A stretch of DNA of 64,000 bases from Bugula neritina (taxonomy: Eukaryota > Animalia > Bryozoa), in NCBI GenBank assembly GCA_964035545.1, contig OZ037766.1, positions 33,284,773 to 33,348,772 of the forward strand, read 5' to 3'. This document shows positions 56,701 to 64,000 of this stretch, piece after piece (position 1 is the first letter of the stretch; every line of letters starts with the position of its first letter). A model generated the notes under the pieces. It searched no databases, was not told where the DNA came from, and saw only the letters and a program-made list of their open reading frames with translations. The position numbers were made by a program, and so were the translations under genes.

Positions 56701-58601
56701 AACATAGACCGGGAGCACAACAGGTCACTGCAGACATGCTGTCAAGGTCGCCCACCGAGAGGGCCGAGGAAGGAGATACTCCCGTAGGTCAGATATTTCA
56801 AATAGCGTCCTTCCTTTCTGATTTAGACATCACAAATCCACAGGAAGACTTACCAGTATCTAACCCTACCTATCAAGATATCAAAGATGCTACTCTTGGA
56901 GATCACGTACTCCAAGCAATCCAACAGTTAATTGTCAAAGGATGGCCCATAAAGCCAACTGAGCTACCAGAAGACTTGCGGGCATTCTACCATGTTAAAG
57001 ATGAACTAGCAACTTTAGATGGAGTCATCTATCGAGGACCTCAATTAGTAATTCCAAAATCCTACAGACCAGTCATACTGAAGAAATTACATCTCAGCCA
57101 TCAAGGAACAGCAGCTACCCTTCGAAGAGCACGGTCTTGTGTATACTGGCCACAAATGTCAAATGATATCTCCTGTCACATTAATCAGTGTGTAGCTTGC
57201 GCATATGATGCTCCTAGTCAACAGAAAGAAACCATTCAACACCATGATATACCAGCAATCCCATGGTGCAAAGTCGGAATGGATTTGTTCTCCTTCAAAC
57301 AGCAAGACTACTTGGTCATTGTGGACTACTTCAGTGATTTCTTTGAATGCGAAGGATTAAAGGAAGCAACTTCAAAAGCTGTCATCAAAGCCAGCAAAAG
57401 AGCTTTTGCCAGATTTGGAATCCCAGAAGTGGTTCATTCAGACAATGGCCCACAATTCACCTCCTCAGAATTTACACAGTTTCGTAAAGAATGGGGTTTT
57501 CACCATACGACTAGTTCCCCAAGACACCCACAATCTAATGGGAAGGCGGAAGCAGCAGTCAAAGTTATAAAGAGACTATTTCGGAGATCCGAAGACCCAT
57601 TTTTAGCCTTACTGGAACTTAGAAACACTCCAACAGCTGGCATGTCCTCGAGTCCAATAGAACGGATCCTCGGAAGACCAACACGCTCACTGTTGCCTAC
57701 TGGTCACAGCATCTCCAAGCAAACACAAAATGAAAACGCTCTCAGAGAAAAGGCTGCAAAGAAACTCATCACGCAGAAGAGCTACAACAAATCTGCTAAA
57801 GACCTCATGCCGCTAACAACGGGTTTACCTGTGCTTATCAGAGACACAGCCAACATGAAGAACAAGTGGAACCGAGGCAAAGTTCTGGAAATGCTCTCAG
57901 ACAGATCTTACTCAGTGCTTAATGAAGAAACTGGAAACATTATCAGACGAACCCGAACAGACCTACAACAGCTACCCAGAGAACAACTTACTACAGCCGC
58001 CGAGGTCCAGCCAGTAATTACACCAACCAATTCTACTGAGGAACAACCACCTAGTCCACCAGAAGGCACTCTAAACAGATCTGACCCTGATCAAAGTCTA
58101 GAGCGATTAAACATACACACCCGCCCAGTGAGAGAAAGGAAAATGCCTCCGAAATACCAGGACTATGTGTTGGAGTAGCCCATGATCTAGACTAACTAAG
58201 CTTTTATCGTATCAACCCTTTAGCTACTAAAACTATATTGACCTAATCAATTATAATATATTCATTACATTCTCAAACTTATACCAACTTTTGTAAAAGA
58301 AAAGGAGATGTTGATGATAGCGTCTGACAATTGACTTAGACCTCAGGCTATCAGCTAAATACTTAATACTAACACTCTGTAGCGATTCAACCTATAACTG
58401 TTATAACCCAACACGCTGATATGTTTGGCTTCCCATCGTCATTCTATTGTTACAAGTACATTCTCTGGCTTATGGTTTGAGACAGATTAAAGATTACTTA
58501 TCACACGAAACTAACCCAAACTTTCTTATCACAATACCTGTTTATCCACAAACAATTACAATAACAATTACAAAACATTGTAACACTCACAGACATAAAC
58601 A
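53791..58601 (+). mobile_element. Full-length Ty3/Gypsy LTR retrotransposon (Mag-like)
   Basis: 293-bp LTRs 53791-54083 and 58309-58601 (TGTT...AACA, no differences seen by eye); TSD GCTTG at 53786-53790 and 58602-58606; PBS tggtgccccgagtgagga from 54084 (complementary to an elongator tRNA-Met-type 3' end); PPT aaaagaaaaggaga at 58295-58308. Confidence 0.97.
54180..58178 (+). CDS. Single-ORF Gag-Pol polyprotein, 1332 aa
   Basis: Two CCHC knuckles (CGNCGNSHPPRKC, CSNCKKFNHFRAVC), protease LDTGA, RT (RMPFGL, VADD), RNase H (ADAS, YAPIELE), integrase HHCC plus D-D-E (GMDLF, HSDNGPQF, SNGKAE), in Gypsy domain order. Confidence 0.97.
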   Translation: MATAQDFLMPKPLQDGAELSTQWSRFKEEFDYYLIAAEKSDKEDKIKIAILLRTIGPRGVDIFKSFKFGEGESKDVYKDVLGKFDNFCKKTSNKIIKRHQLLSTKQECLSIDEYVTNLHKIARECDLGDMYDDFFMQALLLGINDEQLRRKLFEESENIDLEKAIKKCKLAESSQSDMKAIKAEGESIHMLGHKPTKANKSVKQYLHTTDKEANNPTKSNCGNCGNSHPPRKCPAYGKQCSNCKKFNHFRAVCRSKRNGRINAVAEHIASDESSDSESLMYIQVVKKGKRLTANIDTRSRNKRAKIEYQLDTGASCNILNQKDYLACGAPALSQKKLPNLQLYDGTHTRTTRLCELRLTGKTFRFYVVKTGNMSLLSLDTCLELGLLSINNEWVNLISPPEHPDVDQLIQEYGLIFEGVGCLPGEYHIEVDPNVSPTQSINRKVALSMRQDLKDKLESLADNKIIAKVDYPTPWISNTLARRKPNGKLRVCIDPANLNKAIKRNHYPMPTLEDVLPELDGAKIFSLCDAKDGFLQVKLDSESSDLTTFWTPYGKYKWLRMPFGLSSSPEEFQRRLSDALAGLDGTMIVADDILVYGKGATMEEAQLDHNNNLRKLFERARETNLKLNRDKCRFLLSELQYIGHIISSEGVKKDPKKTSAIQDMNTPTDGEGVRRFLGHINYLSKFIPNCSAETEPLRRLIGTTKVDFSWGEDQERAFKKFKQLAVDDVTLQYFKVNKPVIVQADASTEGLGAALIQGGRPVAYASRSLSESEKNYAPIELELLAIVFAMTRFDQFVFGNPNITIHTDHEPLIPIFRKSLLRAPKRLQAMMLALQRYPAKVEHRPGAQQVTADMLSRSPTERAEEGDTPVGQIFQIASFLSDLDITNPQEDLPVSNPTYQDIKDATLGDHVLQAIQQLIVKGWPIKPTELPEDLRAFYHVKDELATLDGVIYRGPQLVIPKSYRPVILKKLHLSHQGTAATLRRARSCVYWPQMSNDISCHINQCVACAYDAPSQQKETIQHHDIPAIPWCKVGMDLFSFKQQDYLVIVDYFSDFFECEGLKEATSKAVIKASKRAFARFGIPEVVHSDNGPQFTSSEFTQFRKEWGFHHTTSSPRHPQSNGKAEAAVKVIKRLFRRSEDPFLALLELRNTPTAGMSSSPIERILGRPTRSLLPTGHSISKQTQNENALREKAAKKLITQKSYNKSAKDLMPLTTGLPVLIRDTANMKNKWNRGKVLEMLSDRSYSVLNEETGNIIRRTRTDLQQLPREQLTTAAEVQPVITPTNSTEEQPPSPPEGTLNRSDPDQSLERLNIHTRPVRERKMPPKYQDYVLE

Positions 58602-59134
58602 GCTTGCTTTTTTAACTTTAAACATGACTCAGTCAGTACAGATGTCAACATAAACTACTAATATTTACAATATTAAAAAAATTATTTTACTAATACATTA
58701 CATGAGAACAACAAGCAATAACTATAAAACGCCTGTCGATTATGATCATGAATTATAACATGATCATGAATAGAGCTAGCCATCGCAAAATAATTATGAT
58801 TATAAGTATCACTATCAATATCATAATCATATCCATTATCATTATGATTACCATTACGATTAGTATTACGTTAATGATTATGACATAGTCATACTAGTAG
58901 TAGTACTAGTAGTACACTTACAGTAGACGTAGCGGTAGTACTAGTAGTAGTTCAAGTTGTACTCATTTCAGTCATAGTCATAGTCCAAGTCATAGCGTCA
59001 CTAGCCCGAACGTTCGCTGTCAGTGAATGTGATACTCATACTGAGTCTGATAGTCATAACTCATAACAATAACATTAAGTTTAACTATCAGTATCACTAT
59101 GAGTATGAGTAAACTAGTATTAAATTCAAATCGG

Positions 59135-59460
59135 TCAATAAACACTCGATCTGCTAAGAGAGGAGAACCAACATCAATTTCTGCATCCTCACAGACCTTT
59201 CACAACAGTTTTCTCCCTCGAAGCATCAGAGATTTGAGGATACCACCTCATAACACAAACTCAGCTTAGCTATGTGCTAAAACCCCTTTACATTACAATT
59301 AAAATATCCAAACTTAGCTACATGCTAGAACAGATACATTTCAACACATGGTAAACCCAAACAAAAACAACATAAGAGGCACTCATAATTTTGCGCCTGT
59401 AGGTGTTAGCAGAGTGTTCTAATTTTTACGAGGTGAGTTACGAGGTGAGTTAGTACTACA
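59135..59460 (+). mobile_element. LINE 3' terminal fragment
   Basis: Translates INTRSAKRGEPTSISASSQTFHNSFLPRSIRDL, like the 44 kb element; the 3'UTR ends in (acgaggtgagtt)2. Confidence 0.7.
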
Positions 59461-59563
59461 ATTATTAATTGTAGTACTAACTCACCTCGTAACTCACCTC
59501 GTAAAAATTAGAACACTCTGCTAACACCTACAGGCGCAAAATTATGAGTGCCTCTTATGTTGT
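59367..59563. repeat. 197-bp inverted repeat (98-bp arms, 1-nt spacer at 59465)
   Basis: acaacataagaggc...caatta-t-taattg...gcctcttatgttgt, perfectly complementary arms. Confidence 0.95.
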
Positions 59564-59573
59564 GATAAATATA

Positions 59574-59656
59574 CGCAATAAATATGATTGTGATTGCTGA
59601 TGAGCATTTTAATTGAATTAAAATGCTCATCAGCAATCACAATCATATTTATTGCG
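59574..59656. repeat. 83-bp inverted repeat (41-bp arms, 1-nt spacer at 59615)
   Basis: cgcaataaat...taatt-g-aatta...atttattgcg. Confidence 0.95.
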
Positions 59657-60705
59657 ATTAATATCATTATTGATAAAATTATCTTACATCAAAATTAAAT
59701 TCAAATTATCGAAGCTCTGCTACCTAATTGAGTATTTTATCTATGTATTACTATTACTATTACTATAACAAGTACAACCTAGATGAAAGTACGCACTCTC
59801 GCCTAATCCCTTTCTTGATTTTGTACACCAAAATCAAACCGGATACTATCAAAGGGTTAAAGTTCACGATGTAGAACAACCACATCAAAGCTGCAGGGCT
59901 CGCTAGCTCAACAAGACCGCAGTAATGTTTCTGCAGTTGGATGAGTTGTCCAATATTTAAACGTAGGCGGGGCTACTGTCCGTTTCTATTGCCAAGTGAA
60001 TTCTCGAGTATGAATTATTGAATATGATTATGAGTTGCAATGCTATGACTATCACTATGAGAATAAATGTAGTATAAGTATTAATTACCAATGAATAACT
60101 AGTACTACAGCTGCATGATGTTGATAATGATTTCAAGTCTCTAAATATAGCTGTTCTATATAATGTTATTCTTTATTACTTTATTAATATTATGAGTTGT
60201 CAGTTGTAAACTCATAAACTTAAAGTACTACTACTAGTACTACTAGTAACTAGTACTAAGACTGTACTAGTAGTAGTACTAGTACTACTACTGGTAGTAC
60301 TACTAGTACTAGTAGTAGTAGTACTAGTCGTAGTAATACCTATGATATAAATTTTAAATAAATTGCTAAGATTTGCTTAAATTTTTGAATGAATTTGATT
60401 AGATCTGCCCTAAAACTCATAATTAAAATTTTGATCTATTATAATAATAATTAATATTTATGTTTAATCATTAATGCTCATTTTACTATTAGTATTAGGC
60501 TATTACTAGTAATAGTAATACTATTACTATTATTGTTACAAGTAATGTAGCAGACCGACTATAATGATAATGTATGCACCAAAAAACAAATTCGAGCAAA
60601 AACTTGCATCTGATTTTGAAATTGTATATATAATAGAATGTATAATATATTATTAAGAATTTTCTCCTGTAGAATAGAGTTTTTATTTCCTGTAGTTGAA
60701 ATGCC

Positions 60706-63700
60706 ATGCAGTTTGACGGCAGCTCTCCCCGTAAACCTGTGTCAGCCACCCACTCCCCTGGCAGCAGGTCTTGGAGTGAGTGGACGCAGCAACTGCAGGC
60801 ATATGTAGCCTGGGTGAACTCACAGCTGAGGAAGAAGCCGGGCACTAAAGAGGTAGGTTGACAAGTTCACAGGCTATGTTATATGTTATACAGTATATAC
60901 TATGTTATACAGTGTAATATACTATGTTATACAGTATACACTATGTCATACAGTATACACTATGTTATACAGTATATACTATGTTATACAGTATATACTA
61001 TGTTATACAGTATATACTCTGTTATACAGTATATACTCTGTTATACAGTATATACTCTGTTATACAGTATATACTCTATCATACAGTATACACTATGTTA
61101 TACAGTATATACTCTGTTATACCGTATATACTATGTTATACAGTATATACTGCACTATTTATATACATAGTGTATAGTCACTGTATAATCATACGCTCTC
61201 TATTCACCTCATAAAGGTGAAGGACTTACGTAGAGAGTTGCAAGACGGCACCATATTGGTCGAACTGATTGAGATTGTAGCCAACGAGAAGATCCCTGGA
61301 ACCCATAGTTCTCCTGCTAACTCTCTGGAGATGAAGGAAAATATTGAGAGAGTTCTGCAGTTTATGAGATCTCGTAAGTTGACTTCGTCTCAGTAAACAG
61401 TACGTGTGTATTATATGTGTCGCAGGTAAAATATACTCAGTAGTTTTATATATGCAGGTAAAATAGACTCAATAGTTTCATATATGCAGGTAAAATATAC
61501 TCAGTAGTTTCATATATACAGGTAAAATAGACTCAATAGTTTCATATATTTAGGTAAAATAAAGATGCATCAAATCAGAAGCATAGACATTGTTGAGGGA
61601 AATATGAAGTCTATTATGAGACTAATACTGGCTTTGGCAGCACATTTCAAGGTCAGTTAAAGGTTACAGGAAACTGCATGACTTGCAGTTTCCTTCATTC
61701 AATCAGTTTTATGTTGTGTGAATTCCCGTGATGTTATTTATTATGTAATCAGAGAAATGTAGCTGGTTGTAAGTTTTACTTCTGAGAAGCTAGCAGAAGA
61801 ATTCTCAACATAAAGTAGCATCATTTCTATCTTCTCTACAGCCAAGTAGCGTCAAGCAATCCGCTAACCAATCCAGCAAAAGTTCAAGGTCACTCGGCAT
61901 CGCCCAGGAGGCAGCGTCAGCTCTGGCAAGTATCCGCAAGGATGCAGAGAGTATCAAAAGGAAGATGCACAGACCAGCCAGTCTGAGGAAATCAGATGTG
62001 GAGGGTCGGCCGACTATTAACAGGTGAGTTCTTCCTTCTTCTCTCTGTATCCTCCCTCTCCCTCTCCTTCTCCCTCTCCCTCTCCCTCTCCCTCTCCCTC
62101 TCCCTCTCCCTCTCCCTCTCCCTCTCCCTCTCCCTCTCCCTCTCCCTCTCCCTCCCCCTCCCCCTCCCCCTCCCCCTCCCCCTCCCCCTCCCCCTCCCCC
62201 TCCCCCTCCCCCTCCCCCTCCCCCTCCCCCTCCCCCTCCCCCTCCCCCTCCCCCTCCCCCTCCCCCTCCCCCTCCCCCTCCCCCTCCCCCTCCCCCTCCC
62301 CCTCCCCCTCCCCCTCCCCCTCCCCCTCCCCCTCCCCCTCCCCCTCCCCCTCCCCCTCCCCCTCCCCCTCCCCCTCCCCCTCCCCCTTCCCTCTCCCCCT
62401 CCCTCTCTCTCTCTCTCTCTATATATATACTCTACAGTCTACACTACATACACTTCATGCACTGTATACTCCGTTACTATCTCTGCTTGCAGACGTCTGG
62501 CGTATGACCAGGCTGATGTCGCTGATCTGACAGGAAGTCAGCCTCCAACGGATGTCGCTGCCTCTCCAAGGTCATCAGTCAGGAGTGTGACTCCTAAATC
62601 TAGTCTGGACAGCGAATCAGAAGGTTTGTTACTCATCAACAGTCAGTTAAAGCTCTTGTAGCTCAGTTGAATTCTGGGAATGTTAGTCTGTCATTTGTTC
62701 TTATGTTCACAATGTCTACATGAGACTGTTTAAGTTCTCATCCCATCTGTCATATAAATCTGCTCCCTACCTGCTTCCCTCTCCCTACCTGCTTCCCTCT
62801 CCCTACCTGCTTCCCTCTCCCTACCTGCTTCCCTCTCCCTACCTGCTTCCCTCTCCCTACCTGCTTCCCTCTCCCTACCTGCTTCCCTCTCCCTACCTGC
62901 TTCCCTCTCCCTACCTGCTTCCCTCTCCCTACCTGCTTCCCTCTCCCTACCTGCTTCCCTCTCCCTACCTGCTTCCCTCTCCCTACCTGCTTCCCTCTCC
63001 CTACCTGCTTCCCTCTCCCTACCTGCTTCCCTCTCCCTACCTGCTTCCCTCTCCCTACCTGCTTCCCTCTCCCTACCTGCTTCCCTCTCCCTACCTGCTT
63101 CCCTCTCCCTACCTGCTTCCCTCTCCCTACCTGCTTCCCTCTCCCTACCTGCTTCCCTCTCCCTACCTGCTTCCCTCTCCCTACCTGCTTCCCTCTCCCT
63201 ACCTGCTTCCCTCTCCCTACCTGCTTCCCTCTCCCTACCTGCTTCCCTCTCCCTACCTGCTTCCCTCTCCCTACCTGCTTCCCTCTCCCTACCTGCTTCC
63301 CTCTCCCTACCTGCTTCCCTCTCCCTGGTAGACCAATTAGAGACTGTGTTGTGATGTGTTGCTAGGAGACCTAGTAGACCGGTACAGCAGTCTCTTAGAA
63401 GATGTGCAGGAGTCCCAGTGTGCCCTGATAGACGAGACAAAGGACGCCCACGCTCTCCTAGTTGACTTACAGAACCTCCTACTCAACGGAGAGGATGACT
63501 TGGAGCTCAGTCTAGACATGTCTCAGAACTCAGGCAATCAGGAGCAGGTAACTCTATACATACACATGCTATACTCACACATGCTATACTTACACATGCT
63601 ATACTAACACATGCTATACATACACATGCTATACTTACACATGCTATACTTACACATGCTATACTTACACATGCTATACATACACATGCTATACTTACAC

Positions 63701-64000
63701 GTGCTATACTTACACATGCTATACTTACACATGCTATACCTACACATGCTATACTTACACATGCTATACTTACACCTTTTAAATGTACACATGCTATACT
63801 TACACATGCTATACTTACACCTTTTAAATGTACACCTGTTATACGTACACCTGTTATACGTACACCTGTTATACGTACACCCGTTATACTTACACCTGTT
63901 ATACGTACACATGTTATACTTACACCTGTTATACTTACACCTGTTATACGTACACAAATTAATATCTGTTTAGCTGGTGATCTACAAGGCTAGGATGCAG
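60706..64000 (+). CDS. DIXDC1: Dixin (DIXDC1)-like protein, N-terminal CH domain and coiled coil; continues beyond window
   Basis: Exons 60706-60852, 61217-61373, 61554-61651, 61842-62023, 62493-62623, 63332-63547, 63974-end. [17 protein letters not shown]...[20 protein letters not shown]...KIKMHQ...[23 protein letters not shown] is the DIXDC1-type CH domain. Confidence 0.92.
62052..62420. repeat. (CTCCCT)n/(CTCCCC)n polypyrimidine tract
   Basis: Seen directly; G-rich (GGGGGA)n on the - strand. Confidence 0.95.
62762..63326. repeat. Perfect 18-bp minisatellite ending at a DIXDC1 acceptor
   Basis: Unit ccctacctgcttccctct, about 31 copies. Confidence 0.96.
63555..63955. repeat. 15-bp minisatellite, DIXDC1 intron
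   Basis: Unit acacatgctatactt drifting to acacctgttatacgt. Confidence 0.93.

Noticed and set aside
59797-59885. MWLFYIVNF... as the first coding exon of the Ig gene
   Set aside because: Its frame does not continue into the 53059 exon, whereas the ATG at 53461 gives a signal peptide in the right phase; at most a 5'UTR exon with a uORF.

Overview
AT-rich, intron-rich animal (invertebrate-like) genomic DNA; most ORF-track entries are minisatellite artefacts. Spliced genes reconstructed by hand, left to right: the 5' half of a DEG/ENaC channel (-); a secreted short-chain collagen C4-like gene (+); three C-type lectin paralogues (one pseudogene, one with a 1-nt frameshift, one intact); an intronless ankyrin-repeat gene (-); a probable two-exon orphan gene (-); EXOSC10/Rrp6 (17 exons, -) head-to-head with an NDUFA3-like gene (+); an Ig-domain type I membrane protein (-); and the 5' part of DIXDC1 (+). 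Mobile DNA: an intact Ty3/Gypsy (Mag-like) LTR retrotransposon with apparently identical LTRs and a 5-bp TSD, two LINE 3' fragments and two tRNA-derived SINE-like elements. Two patterns stand out. (1) Two unrelated, spacer-less ~195-bp perfect palindromes sit in (TA)n, each arm encoding a type I hammerhead ribozyme motif (Penelope pLTR-like), and a third hairpin of the same size lies at 59.4 kb. (2) Many introns are filled with intron-specific minisatellites whose unit is copied from the intron's own splice junction, giving tandem GT...AG / AG|GT arrays. Homology calls are from motif recognition only; no searches were run.
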